A stretch of DNA of 64,000 nt. Source: Octopus sinensis. Lineage: Eukaryota. The notes under the pieces are model-generated. The model was not told the DNA's origin and searched no databases. It saw only the letters and a list, made by a program, of their open reading frames with translations. A program made the translations under genes and the position numbers. The first letter of the stretch is position 1. Each line of letters begins with the position of its first letter. The stretch is from the NCBI RefSeq assembly GCF_006345805.1, contig NC_043001.1:10168001-10232000 (forward strand). Reading direction: 5' to 3'. This document shows positions 23,406 through 37,035 of the stretch, in pieces.

Positions 23406-24320
23406 GTAGTTTATTTTTGTTTTTAAAGAGACAAGATAGCAATGATAATTACAATGGCATAAATTCATTTGTAAATAAAGGCAATCGGTCAAGTTGATCT
23501 GATTATTTCCCTCCCCAATAATGTATTCTAATGGTGTGAAATATTTTTTAGGTAACAGTAAAGCATGCTATTCCATTAAATTTGGAATTTGTGAGTTACA
23601 AATATGCATTACGCAAATACATCAAGAAGTATTTAAAATATCTTAAGTGTTCTTCTCTTGGGGGTAAAAATATTTTTTGAAAATTAATTTTATATATAAG
23701 GCCACATTTTCATTTATGATACAAAATTTGAACCAATATAGGGTTCCTTTAAAATCATGAACATCACAAGTGAAACTTATTACTGGCTGACCATATTGAT
23801 AATGGAATATATTGTAGAGTTTCAAAGTTGGTAGAATTTACAGAGGCAGCTGTTTATCACGAGTCAGGGGAATCTCTGCTTCAATCTCTTAAATTTATCA
23901 ATCACACATTGGTCAGCAGACAGAATTGATAAAGTTAGAATGGAAGTGACTAGATAACATTTCCTGAGAGACTTCTCCAAAAAATTAACTTTTCAATAAA
24001 TGGTTAACTTTTTGGTAATCCTAAGAAGTGTTAGATAATTCTGTTAATAGATTTATTGTGGACAACTATTGAAATTTGCAGTGAAAGGTGAATAAAAATT
24101 AACAAGACAGAATCTTTCTATGGAATAATACAGTCCTAGTTAATATATAATTGAATATAAGGTGTTTCTTCAGTTTCCCTTTGTAATTCCATGTTGGTCT
24201 ATTTATTTCAGTTCCAATTATATTTCAATTTCTTATATTTAGAATAAATATTAGACTGATAATTTCTCTCATTGTCCTTAGCTGACCAGACTGTTTAGAA
24301 ATGAAAAAATAAGGTTAAGA

Positions 24321-24585
24321 TCATCATCATCATCATTTAGCGTCCGCTTTCCATGCTAGCATGGGTTGGACGGTTCAACTGGGGTCTGTGAAGCCGGAAG
24401 GCTGCATCAGGCCCAGTCTGATCTGGCAGTGTTTCTATGGCTGGATGCCCTTCCTAACGCCAACCACTCCGTGAGTGTAGTGGGTGCTTTTTACGTGTCA
24501 CCTGCACAGGTGCCAGACGGAGCTGGCAAACGGCCATGAACGGATGGTGCTTTTACGTGCCACCGGCATGGGGGTCAGGCGAGGC
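24321..24585 (-). mobile_element. SINE family C
   Basis: (CAT)n followed by the reverse-complement body. Confidence 0.92.
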
Positions 24586-25243
24586 TGTGACTTATTTTTA
24601 TTTGGTTTCTTAGTGGAATTCTTTTTTATGAAGGTAGACTTTTTGAATTAAGTCATGAAGAGTAGAAAATGAACTGAAGAGAATGTAAAACAGGAAAAAA
24701 AAAAACTTGCACAATGGGAAATAAATAATGACTTATTTCATGCATTCTAGGCAGATATTAAAATACATTTAAGTTACAAAATAAATTGCCCAACCAAAAT
24801 CATCATCAAAAACCTTCCATTTGTACAAGAACAGGATTATATTTGATTTCAATTGACCTTCTGCAATTTGGTATAAACAATGTGCTGTACATACTTTCTC
24901 AGTCTAGCATTCTCTTAAACTGGAATAATTATCGTTGCCATTATCACTACCATACATGACGCATATAACAACTTTTGCCTTCACACATAATAAATTTCGT
25001 AAATGTGGATTTTTCTTGCATAAATCTAATTCTTGGAAGTAGTAGATTCTGACATGTAAATGAATTCCCATATCACATATATCAAACTTGTATATATCGA
25101 AAATGACTTGTCGGTTATAAGGAAAGCAATAATACTTTATAAATGTAAATATAAGTATAAAATAAGTTTATATATTTATAAATGATATCTAGTAAACAAG
25201 AAAATAGATTATGAATACACAGTCCTATTCCATAATAGCTTAC

Positions 25244-25285
25244 CAGCATTCTTAATTTTTTGTCTCTCTCATTTTTCATTACTAT
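25244..25285 (-). CDS. Candidate 42-nt exon (IVMKNERDKKLRML), unidentified
   Basis: Minus-strand acceptor tgtatttcAAG, donor CTG|GTAAGC, phase 0-0. Confidence 0.2.
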
Positions 25286-26217
25286 CTTGAAATACATTTA
25301 GACGATTTATCATATACAGACAGGAAATCAATTATCAGTTCAAACATGTCATATTAAATATTGTTTCTTTTCATTTATGGTAGAAATTATTTACACCATG
25401 AAAACATAAAAGTACAGCAATAGATTTGTAATATAACTTAATAAAACTTTTAGAAAACAATTGATCAGAGAAAAGAGCTATGGCTATATAGATGACAGAA
25501 ATAGGAGAGGGAAAAAATGCCTGTTAATTCTTAATATTGAGATATTGTTCCTTGCAACACGAATCCTCATTGGGATTTCTGAAAATATGTAAAATATTTC
25601 AAAATGGTACAATAAAGCTCAAAATTCTTTAGCTTTGGGATATAATATGTAACTGGTGTGGTTATTAAGAAATATATGACAAAGCACAGCAATAAAAGAA
25701 CAAAACAAGTCTTCTTATTAGCCAAGTTTAAAGATTGTGAATTCTTATCTCTTTGCTAAAATTGTACTCCTTCAGTGGATAAAAGTATAACAGAAATGAT
25801 TTTCTACCTTCTCTCTCTCTCTCTAAAAAATACAGAAAGCATGTTTCTTTAGGTGATGCAAAAATTGTCAGGTGTCTTAGTGTTCTATTCTTCTCTTCAT
25901 TCAGAATAAAGTGAGCATTATTGTGTTTCATCAAAAGTGAATTTTCGAGAAATAAAGAACATTTCATATGGAGATGAATAGTTATAGGGTGGAATGTGTG
26001 ACAAGATCAAACCTATAAGATTATGTTGATAATGTTTGTATTGCCTATGGTCAGGATCTCAAACCTGTGTTGAAAGGTATTCTAGACATGATTGCCTTGT
26101 CTTTTTACATATCATTAAATGTGTTCTGTAGTCAAGTGTATTTTGAGGGCTACTGCTCTTTCTAGCTCATTGGGCACCTGCAAAGGGTTTCCATGATTTG
26201 CTCACTCGGGGAACAAT

Positions 26218-26447
26218 TTAACCCTTTCGTTACCAACCCGGCTGAAACCGGCTCTGGCTCTTTAGTACAAATGTCTTGTTTACATAAGTTTTGAATTAAA
26301 ATCTTCCACCAAACCTTAGTCACAATTTATGTTCCTAACACTAGCTTAGTGATAACTAAGTTATTTTGCTAAATTCTTTGCTATATTTAAAAGTAATTGA
26401 AAGAAACACAGACCATCTCAAAATAAATACAGTAATGAAAGGGTTAA
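26218..26447. mobile_element. piggyBac-type MITE, intact with TTAA on both sides
   Basis: TTAA-CCCTTTCGTTACC...GTAATGAAAGGG-TTAA. Confidence 0.92.
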
Positions 26448-27699
26448 CTTGTTTTAGTATTGATGAATACCTCATCAAGAAGTTATTCCCCTTTTCTGTC
26501 TCTTGTGACTTTTAACTGACCAGTATATTTGAGCAAGTTTTAGAGTATTCCATTTTAATTGAATCTGTATTGCAGTTGTACATACATATACGTATGTATG
26601 TTAATATATAATATAATTCATTACATATAGAATAAAGTATTTCATCAAAGGTCACCAAAAATAAAACCAGATTAAATTTTTTTGAATAGCTAACTATTAA
26701 TATTGCAATGGCAGTAATTATTTTATAAAAATTAGTTTTGAGAAATTTTTTTGTTATCCTTTGTAAACAAAACAAAGGCCTTTACAGATATATCTGTACC
26801 TCCTTATAAGTTATATTTTTTTTCCCCTGAAGATTAAATAAAATATCACACATGGCTGATCAAATATAATTGACTGCCATATATTATATGTTAACAACCT
26901 CAAGAAATGTACGAAGTGTAAAGTAATAAAAGCTGAAACTTTTTTGTTTGTTTTTGTTTTTCGTGTGTGTGGGTGTGTGTCTGAGAGGCAAATCATACAT
27001 TTATCAAGTATCTCTTTAATGAACATGTATTTTGATTTTACTTGGAGAAAAATAATTCAGATCTGTCTGCTCCAATCTCTTTTATAGAGAACATTTATTT
27101 CTGTTAGTTCAACTGGTTCCTGAAAATTAGTATAATTTTTTTTTTAATTGAATATTAGTGGGTACACATTTTATCTGTGACTGAGAAGAGTGAATAGTCA
27201 CTAGCATTTTATCTTTCTAAATATAGGACCTATGGCATTTACCATTTGCAATAGAAACATTACAGAACTCCTTGTGTTTTCATTGTTTACTTGCGGTTTG
27301 TTTTTTTTTTACGCCCAGGAATGTTATTACTTATTTTTTCTTTTACTTCGCTTTCTGCAAGAATTTTAAGGCATTATTTTTATAATAGATGTTTTCACTT
27401 ATTGCAATATAGAAAACATGTCTCTGCTTGGATGCCAGCCTCCTTGGAGTGTGATCCCATTTAATCTGCATCTACCATTTAAACTTGCTATATTGAGCAA
27501 TGGCATTTCCCTGGATGGAGCAGGGCTTAATGTTTCTCACTTTTTAATAAATTTAGTCTTCACTAAATTCACTTTGAAGCCTCTTGAATGATTCAGGTTT
27601 TGTTTCCGCTTGAAATTTCTTCTCTAATTTTATTACAGATTCAGTTATAAGTCATAAAGAAGCTCCTATGGGCAACCAATCTTCTATTACTTTATAACC

Positions 27700-28240
27700 T
27701 GGAGGTTATAGAGTCCTGGTGTACCTACACCTTCATGCTGAATGCATTGCTATATTTATTACTAATTCTTACTATGTTACACATGACTTGCACAACTCTC
27801 ATAAGTCCCTCATCTATTCTAAGCACTTTTTTTTCAGTCAGTAAGAGCAAGAGTACTGTCCACTTTCCATACACACTTTACTCTAGCTATCTCCTGATTC
27901 TCTCTTGTACTCTGCCTTGTAATCCCAAATACTTATACCTCTATCCTTTTGCCTTAGAACTTTGGTTTATTTCTTACTCTAAACTTCTCTTCTCGTGAGA
28001 TATACCTGATGTTTTGCTTGCCATCTTGTAACTCATTATTTCTCATTGCTGCTCCACTTTTAGCCAGTCTTTCCAAATATTTTTGTCCTTTATTCTCTAT
28101 CTGTAGAGATATTACACCACCATGCTGTCTTCTTTTTGACAGGAACTTGGCCCCAACCAAAAGTTACCCATAGTCACTCTGTGTTATTTTCTGTATCCAT
28201 TATCTTGTCATATACATTGATGAGTATATCTCTAAATTTG
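27700..28240 (-). mobile_element. LINE reverse-transcriptase relic (RTE-like)
   Basis: The minus strand has RYKYLG (27923-27939), preceded by QKYLERLAKSG.. and followed by KWTVLLLLLT.., consistent with the end of an RT domain. Confidence 0.6.
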
Positions 28241-28296
28241 TTGCTAATTGTTGGCTCTTTTAGCTTCCAGTTTCTCTGGAGGCTCTAACCACTAGT

Positions 28297-28362
28297 CTAC
28301 ATTGAGGTGGAGCACTCTTCACCAGGGATAAACTTAACATTAACAATCTGCTGTTTGATTTT
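28297..28362 (-). CDS. Candidate terminal exon (KIKQQIVNVKFIPGEECSTSM*), unidentified
   Basis: Strong minus-strand acceptor gtatattttctcttttacgcttttacAG. The frame is not fixed. Confidence 0.2.
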   Translation of the reverse strand, partial: KIKQQIVNVKFIPGEECSTSM

Positions 28363-28544
28363 CTGTAAAAGCGTAAAAGAGAAAATATACAAGTTGTTTC
28401 TAAATTTTAGCACTCTTTAATTTTGTCTAAATTGCTCTAATAAAACCGTTGTTCCTCCCATAGAAACTGGCCCATTCTTCATAATTCTATCAAAGTATTA
28501 AAAAAAATAATAAATGCCTGTGGGTGTGTACATAAACTGTACAT

Positions 28545-28900
28545 ATGCTCCCGTGCCGGTGGCACGTAAAAAGCACCCAACACACTCTCGAGTGGTTGGT
28601 GTTAGGAAGGGCATCGGGCTGTAGAAACTCTACCAGATCAAGATTGAAGCCTAGTGCAGCCATCTGGTTCGCTAGCCTTCAGTGAAAATCGTCCAACCCA
28701 TGCTAGCATGGAAAGCGGACGTTAAACGATGATGATGATGATGATGCTCATGCACACCTGGCCTCATGTAAGTAATATGTGTGTATACCAACTTGCATCA
28801 TCATCATAAACATTCATCATCATTTAACATCTGTTGTCCATGCTAGCATGGTTTGGATGGTTTGGCCAGGGCTGGTAAGCACCAGATTCCCGTCTGATTT
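28545..28900. mobile_element. Tail-to-tail SINE family C pair (28545-28747 plus; about 28810-28900 minus fragment)
   Basis: (GAT)n tail followed by (CAT)n and the reverse-complement CCATGCTAGCATGG block. Confidence 0.8.
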
Positions 28901-29607
28901 GCATACATCATTAGATTAGAAGACTACTGGTTTAAATTCACTGCCAGTGCACATTCGGGGAATGGCTTGAGTATAGTCTTAACAAACTGCTTATTATTGA
29001 AATATTGTAGACAGAAAATGTGTGGAAGCCTATCGAGTGTGTGTGTGTGTGTGTGTATTGAGGAATTTCTGATGCCTCATTGCTTGGAACAAAGATACCT
29101 TCTGTGTTCCTTCTGCCTGAATTACACACCCACACACATCCCCGACAGTTTCTGCATTGGAAACTGTTTCTTCAGAAGTAAAACCAATAATACTTGCTTA
29201 CAAATGCATAATATATATTTAGAGCATTGAATCAAAACACTGTTAATATACCAGTTGACTTTTTAATCGAATTAACTGTCAAAAATGCATTGTATATGTA
29301 TATCATTCTGATTTATTAATAGTAGATTTCTACGTACTGTCTCTATAGAAATTTAAGGATGGTACTCGGTTACTGATAAATATTAACAGAAGATTTAAAA
29401 CCAGTCAGGTTGGTCTATATAGTATATTAAATCAGTGTTTATATCAGCCTAAACATCACACAGTTTGGGCTAAACACTATCATAAAGTACTCCCATACAA
29501 ACACGCATCCATTTTTGTCATAAGGCGTAGGTTTTTATGTTTGTCTTTTCTCTTTGATCTGAAATGTAAAAACTGTAGACAACTTAGTTTGATATCTTCA
29601 ACTTCAC

Positions 29608-29664
<57 letters not shown>

Positions 29665-29671
29665 ATATAAA

Positions 29672-29760
29672 AAACATAGATTAAAAAGAAAAAATATATG
29701 CGTGTGCATATATATATATATATACACACGCATATATTTTTTTCTTTTTAATCTATGTTT
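29672..29760. repeat. Near-perfect 35-bp inverted repeat around a (TA)n loop
   Basis: AAACATAGATTAAAAAGAAAAAATATATGCGTGTG pairs with CACACGCATATATTTTTTTCTTTTTAATCTATGTTT (one extra T). Confidence 0.92.
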
Positions 29761-31751
29761 GTAAGGTTATATTTGCATTAGCCTTTACTGAAAATAGCAT
29801 GCACTTCATGGAAAATGATAAACATTAATAGATGACATTAAATATTCTTTCTCGGGCATTAATATATATTCATCTGATCTTTCCTTCCGTTGACGATGCA
29901 AAAAGGGGCTGAAGTGGTATGAAAATAATTTCTTTGAATATAGTATAATGATTCTTTTTTTTTTTTTTGTTCTTAGCACTTATGTCTTCTTGAATAGATA
30001 ATTATTTAAATGTTTTTACCAATCGTTACCTATACAAAATTTCCTATTTGCATGAAATTGAAGCTCCATAAAAATTCATTACTTATAAAGATACGTTGCT
30101 TTGTAATTGTCAGATTTAAAGACACTAAATTAGTTTTTATCCGAAAGGGTCATAAGGGCATATAATATATATTTTCACTTTATTATTTTTTTTGTTAAAA
30201 TAAAGAAAATTATTTTATCGTTTATTTCATCTCAAGTGAATTTCATGTTAAACTCGAGCAGGTTAAAAAAAAAAATCCAATCTGTTTTCAGGATGTAATT
30301 AAAAAAAGGGGGCTGCTTTAGAAGAAAATATGATCAGTATATTTGTTGTTTTTAAGTGTTTAAGCTTGTATGAAACTGAATCTTCACAGAAAGCACTTAT
30401 TGATTTTCATCTATAGGTCACACAATCAGAATTCTAGGGCACAAGAAATTGCCTCAAACATTGCTATAATTGATTCTGTCTTTTAAGTTTAACTGAAAAA
30501 TTGTGTAAGTGTTAATTGAAGTTTAAATTTAATTGGACTTTAGTTTTGTTTCACTTTTTATTTTACCACATAATTTTTTCTTTCTTCTTGTTAAACAAAA
30601 CAAAACAAATCTTGCAGTATTCTTCCTTTTCCTTTAAGTGAAGAAACCAACATGCCTAGTCTATATGTATACTATTCCTTTTTTTTTTTTAATTTTGCTC
30701 CTTAAAATGAAATTAAAACCAAAGCTGCGACTATGAACTTGTTCTTGGAGCCTTTGCTGATGCTGCTGTCTTTAATTCAAGTTCATCTGGGTTTCATTTG
30801 TTATTTCTAGCTGTTGGTGTAAGCTTGAAAATGATAGATGTCTTTAAGTGCAGTGGTTCTTTTTTTTTTCTTCTTCACATATTTAGCTTTCTTGGTGTAA
30901 CTTAAATGCTGATGATTTAAAGTGCATGTTTAAAAACGGTTTGTGCAAAACCACCCTGGGGCTTCATATTTCTAATACTTGCATTGTCGCATTTAAAGTA
31001 GTTTCAATGAGAAAATACAATGTTGCTAATTGAAATACCTTAGATTTAGTTGTGTGGAAAATTTTCAAAACTAAAGAAAGATTTCTGAACAATTACAAAT
31101 CGTTCTGTAATGGTCAATATTTCGATGCCGTTATTAAAGGTTATCCATATTCGGTGTTTCTTGTATATACATATTTCCTTAATCTGAATGATTGTAAAGT
31201 TATAGCTTTTTTTACTTCATCTTTAACCCAATAAAATATTTTCTAAATAACTTCCTGATAAATCACTTACTTTAATTGAACTTTTTTGGCAGCCATTTGA
31301 TAGGTATAGATGGCTGCAAGGTTGGCACTCACCATTGAAAACTAAGTTTATGAGCTTTTTTTTCTGCTTTGAAGATGGAAGAACAAGGGCATCTAGTAAT
31401 GATGCACCTAGTGATATGGACATTTTCCATTAATCAATACCAAAACATTTTAGCCAAATCTAATTGGGTTCATAGTAGTTATTAGTGTGACCTAGATTCA
31501 TTGGTGGTGCTATTGAGTATTTTTTGTATTAAAATTATTAATTTATTTTGGCAGAAACATTCGAACACACACCTGACTGAATTTAGCTAGAGTCTTTTAC
31601 ATTCTGAATTCAAATGACCCTGTTCAGTTTTACCTTTTATCCTCTTCAAATTAAAAAAAAAATAAATGTACCAATCAAATATCAAGATCTTCATTCAACT
31701 AGTCCTTCCCACTAAATAAGTGGTCTTGTGGCCACTGGTTACAAATCAACA

Positions 31752-31810
31752 TACAAGTCGTCATCGCATTACAACCTATCCGACTTACGACTGATCGACT
31801 TTACGACGAT
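31752..31810 (+). mobile_element. Possible pogo/Tigger-type terminal inverted repeat relic
   Basis: TACAAGTCGTC...CCGACTTACGACTGATCGACTTTACGACG resembles Tigger-type ends. The partner end was not found. Confidence 0.35.
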
Positions 31811-32054
31811 TGGTGTGCCAGCTCCTGGCAACCATAATAAATAGTCCAGTTTAAATCTAATGGGTTTAATTTCTTAGAAATTAGCCTGTCTATGGATGAC
31901 ATCAGCTAACGAATGGCATCAAAGATCCACAGCCTAGCACCAGACTACAATAAATTTTTATGTAATTTTTGCAACTGTCTCTTACACTATATTGTGTATT
32001 TCTTGTATTTGCATTATTTGGTACGTTTCTATGAACAAATAACACTGATAACCG

Positions 32055-32330
32055 CATGATTCTAGGTTCAGTCCCACTGCATGGCACCTTGGGCATGTGT
32101 CTTCAACTATAGTCTTTGAGCCAACCAAAGCCTTGTGAGAGTAAGTCGATTACATTGACCCCAGTGCATAATTGGTACTTATTAAATCGACTCCAAAAGG
32201 ATGAAAGGCTAAGCCGACCTCAGTGGAATTTGAACTCAGAACCTAATGGCAGACGAAATACCACCAAGCATTTCGCTCAGCATGCTAACGTTTCTGCCAG
32301 CTCGCCACCCTACAATATGCTTTATGTCCT
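32055..32330. mobile_element. SINE family A head fragment (plus) joined to SINE family B (minus)
   Basis: GGTTCAGTCCCACTGCATGGCACCTTGGGC, then GGATGAAAGGC...TTCTGCCAGCTCGCCACC. Confidence 0.8.
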
Positions 32331-32976
32331 AGTTTTTACTCAGACGGTTCTTTTTAAGCACAGAAAATAGCCAATTCTCCTGGTCCTTTGATATCTCTTC
32401 TGTGATGGTCGATATCTAAAGGTCAGTTTCTCCTCCTCTTGATTCCAACATCTTCCAGGTCCTCCTCCCACAGCTTACATTCATATTTAACACTATATAT
32501 ATATATATATATGTGTGTATACTTAAAACCAGTGTCAGTTGTTTGTTCTCTAAAATCATTTTGTTTGTTTTGCTTTTGGGGTATGTGGAAACAGTATTTG
32601 TAAAGTTTTACCCCATTATCCCATTTTGGTTTTGTTTGCTATTGTAATATTGTGTATTTGCTTTGCATGGACATATTTGAGATTTTTTTTTCTTTTTACA
32701 GATAATAAAAATGTGTCAAAGAGTTTATTGTCATAAAAAAACGCATAAATTAGCTACAATGCTTTAAAGGGAATATAATGCCTGTTCATAAGAAGAAATT
32801 GCATATTTCAACAAATTTTAATGTGAGATAAATTCTAAATTGGAAAAAAAATCTTCATGAAGATATAAGCAAACACACTTTAGAAATATGGAAACAGCCG
32901 AGTTGTTCAATAAATAAGAATTTGTATCAGCAACAAAGAACAGGAAAGAGGATTATGTCAGAAACTTTTCTGATAT

Positions 32977-33400
32977 TTACTCTTTCACTCTTTTACTTGT
33001 TTCTGTCATTTGACTGCAGCCATGCTGGAGCACCACCTTTAGTCGGACAAATCAACCCCAGGACATATTCTTTGTAAGCCCAATACTTATTCTATCGGTT
33101 TCTTTTGCCGAACCGCTAAGTTATGGGGACGTAGACACACCAGCATCATTTGTCAAGTGATGTTGGGGGACAAATACAAATACATTTACATATATATATA
33201 TATATATACACACACATAGATATATATATATATATATGATAGGCTTCTTTTAGTTTCCGTCTACCAAATTCACTCACAATGCTTTGATCGGCTCGAGGCT
33301 ATTGTAGAAGACACTTGCCCAAGGTGCCACACAGTGGGACTGAACCCAGAACCATGTAGTTGGTAAGCAAGCTACTTACTACAGCCACTTCTGCTCCTAT
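32977..33400 (-). mobile_element. SINE family A, full length
   Basis: Same structure as the other family A copies. Confidence 0.92.
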
Positions 33401-36195
33401 ATGTGGACAAAATAATTATATAACATTTTAAGAGAGAAATTCCAATTATTTCCCTTCTGTGTAATTGGTATTAGTTGACTCTTTATATACTAAGCCACTG
33501 ATAACCACATTATTTAGATTCATATTCTTCTGCTTCTAAATTCTTGAATAGTCAGTATTTGTCTATAATCAGAAATTTTGAAATTTTACTATTCGGCATA
33601 CAATACATAAAGCATGCCATAGTACCTGGTACTAATATAACAATGCGTAATCTCATTACCTTTCACTATTGCTTATGCTTGACTGATATTTTATAGCTCA
33701 GTTATCTTCAAACATAGAGGAAAATAACTTTCCAAAATACCTTAAAAGCATAACAAGAATTACTAAGTTCCTGTATCACGTGATTAGAAAATTAATGACT
33801 TTACCAAATGTTTAGCAAGGTAACGCATACAAAGTGAAATTCCTACAGCCATGCTGATATGCAAAAACGTAGCATATCATTTGCACTGCATTCGTTTTAT
33901 GATAGTGAGACCAGGTGTTTGGTGTAGCTCGGAATGTATTTGAAGGATTGCAACTACACATGTACAGCATGTGAGAATATATAATTGCGTTCATGTGCTA
34001 TCATGTAAATTATAAATGTGAGAAAAAAAATTTCTCTTTACATATAAATGTAGAACCTAGGTAAGGTAGAAGTAACCTAGATTTCATAACACAAGTTATC
34101 AATTTGTGTCTCTCCGCAAATATAGATTCTATTGGATGTCAAATGAAATAATCACTTAGGTTTCTAAAGGTTTCCTATTATCAATTATTTGGTCAATCTT
34201 CAATACTTGCTAAGTGATTTTACTTGAGTGACCTCATGTTAAAATCTACTACCATTGAATACATTGGGATATTTAATTAAGAGTTTCTCCAGAAGTGAGC
34301 TTTCACTTAGTATTCTTCTATCAAACTGTATTTTGCCATACAGTTGCTGCAACATAGACGAGCATGCTGCAATGTAGTAAATTTAGTAACATGAAGAAAG
34401 AAATGTCGAAAAGAAACTATATTTATATTAATATCAACACCATCATTCATAATTTTGTATTATCAGCGTTGTCAAATTATAGTTATTAGTGTCTAGTATG
34501 GTCATTATTTCCTGCTTGGTGAAATTAGCTAAGATAAATATCATTGTTGGAAGCATGTTTCTGCTTATACTGTGCTGTTGTAACATTTATTTTGTATTCT
34601 TAAGGTAGGAAAAATAAATTTTTTGTAAATTTAAAAAATAATTGCATTACTGCATTTATCTGAGTATAATATGTATTCGTACATTATGTGTGCCCCTAAT
34701 TATGAGCAATGAAGCCGTGGGGGGAAAAAATCTCTTGTGTATAATATACACTCACATTTCCTGAGCATCGTTTCATGTTATCAGAAGTTGATGACAAATG
34801 TTCTGATGTATAGATAGGTGTGTTTAGTCAAAGTCAATATATTTGCTGAATGAAATAGTGTTTACATCATAACTATTATATTGATAGAACTTACATCTCA
34901 AACTCAATGGAAAAGTGACCTTTGAACTTTATTAGTTGATGTTATGAAATGTACCTTCTGTAAAATCAGCATGTGAAAAATCAATCATACGTTTTTCTCT
35001 AGAAAATCAAATTGATTTTGATATTGAAGGTGTACATAAAGTTTATATACAATTTTACCATTCGGTTCTTACGGTGATGCAACATGGTCTTGTTGTAACG
35101 GGATGTTCTCATATAGATTTTATTACATAAAGATGTTGTCATTCTTTTGTATGACATCTAAGCAAATGTTGTACGTAAGTGTAGAGAAGTAGAAAATAGT
35201 CTTGGATATAGAAAGAAATGGAAACCAGTCACCTGGCTGTTATTTTGGATGTTCTGAATTAAGTATCCCACTCTGGTGCTAAAACGATTTCAAAATGTAA
35301 TCCATACCAGATTTGAAGAAGGCCCACGAAAGGATATCAGCAACATTTTTTTTTTTGGAATAAGTGACTAAGTAGGTAAAGGAATAAAGGCTAATATGCA
35401 TTGGGAGTTAGTACATCTCCCTCAAAAGCACTGGAAATCGCAAAGATGGAGGTCACAGGGTCTACTTGGGTGAGGTCAGTGGTTTATGGAGTGGATAAGC
35501 ATCATCTTTGTTTCTTACCTATTCCCAATAGTATATAAAAAAAACACCCTGATTTCAAAAGCAACTTAAAGGAGCTTCAGCATGTTATTGTAAGATATGA
35601 GGAAGCCATGGTGTATGACCTGTCACAGATTGGAAATGTAAATCAGAACTTGCTGAATTTTGACATTTCTCATATATATTTTTATTACATTTTGCCATTT
35701 TCAGCCCACTGATGGTTGATTTCAAGGGCCACAAGGCACAATTGAAACTATAACTGGAAGAGTAATGCTGTTTTTTTTATGCTGTACATTATCTCGAATG
35801 ACAAACCTTGCCCAATGAGACAATCCTGAAAGGAAAAGTAGTTTATAAAAGAGGAATTGATGTAGAGGAAGCACATGGGTATTCCAAAATGGTGTAGGGG
35901 AGGTGTCCAGGTGGTCTAACTGAAATAGTTACCTTTACTATTCTTCAGTGCATCTAAATGCCATCATTGGGTGTTAGTATTAACAAAATGTCCCAGCTTC
36001 TGCTTGTGGCCAGTGGAACCATTGAGTGACAGAAACATACAAGATCATCTCTAGAACAAGTTGCATTCACAGACCCTGAGTGTTGATACTGAAAGCCTTG
36101 AAGAATCTCTCAGAAACTGTCATTGCAAAGAATAAGTGGGTTATGCTTCTAGAATACACATTTTTTTTTTTTTACAATTACCAATAATATTTATC

Positions 36196-36390
36196 ATCAT
36201 CATCATCACATTTTAACGTCTGCTTTCCATGCTAGCTTGGGTTGGACGATTTGACTGAGGGCTGGTGAACCAGATGGCTGCACCAGGCTCCAATCTTGAT
36301 CTGGCAGAGTTTCTACAGCTGGATGCCCTTCCTAACACCAACCACTCCAAGAATGTAGTGGGTGCTTTTACATGCCACCAGCACGGGGGA
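36196..36390 (-). mobile_element. SINE family C
   Basis: (CAT)n followed by the reverse-complement body. Confidence 0.9.
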
Positions 36391-36633
36391 CAAGAAGTAT
36401 AATGGGATATTTTTAAACATTGAATGGCTATAAGGGTCTAACCAAGTCAAAAAGGAATCAAAAAGGTTCAGAAGCAACAAGTGGTTGTGAACCACTGATG
36501 TAGATGGTGATCACATAACCTATCCTTGATATAAATGCCATTGAAACAGATTTCTTTGGCTCTAGTGGTGGGATGCTATTCGAACAGATGTCTTCATTTT
36601 CCATTGATGAGTCAGGCATATTTAAAGCATAAT

Positions 36634-37035
36634 TCATTACTCTTTTACTCTTTTACTTGTTTCAGTCATTTGACTGTGGCCATGCTGGAGCACCGCCTTT
36701 TTAGTCGAGCAAATCAACCCCGGGACTTATTCTTTGTAAGCCCAGTACTTATTCTATCGGTCTCTTTTGTCGAACCGCTAAGTGACGGGGACGTAAACAC
36801 ACCAGCATCGGTTGTCAAGCAATGCTACGGGGACAAACACACACACACACATACACATATATATACATATATACGACAGGCTTCTTTCAGTTTCCGTCTA
36901 CCAAATCCACTCACAAGGCATTGGTCGGCCCGGGGCTATAGCAGAAGACACTTGCCCAAGATGCCACGCAGTGGGACTGAACCCGGAACCATGTGGTTGG
37001 TTAGCAAGCTACTTACCACACAGCCACTCCTACGC
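36634..37035 (-). mobile_element. SINE family A, full length
   Basis: Same structure as the other family A copies. It explains the ORF at 36535-37056. Confidence 0.93.

Noticed and set aside
31223-31423. Two strong minus-strand donors (GTGAGT, GTAAGT) with short open frames
   Set aside because: The frame and strand are ambiguous, and no consistent join to neighbouring candidates gave a recognisable protein.
35705-35761. Splice-flanked segment reading PTDG*FQGPQGTIETITGR with an in-frame TGA (possible selenocysteine)
   Set aside because: There is no recognisable selenoprotein motif, no SECIS was found, and the donor is weak. Chance is more likely.
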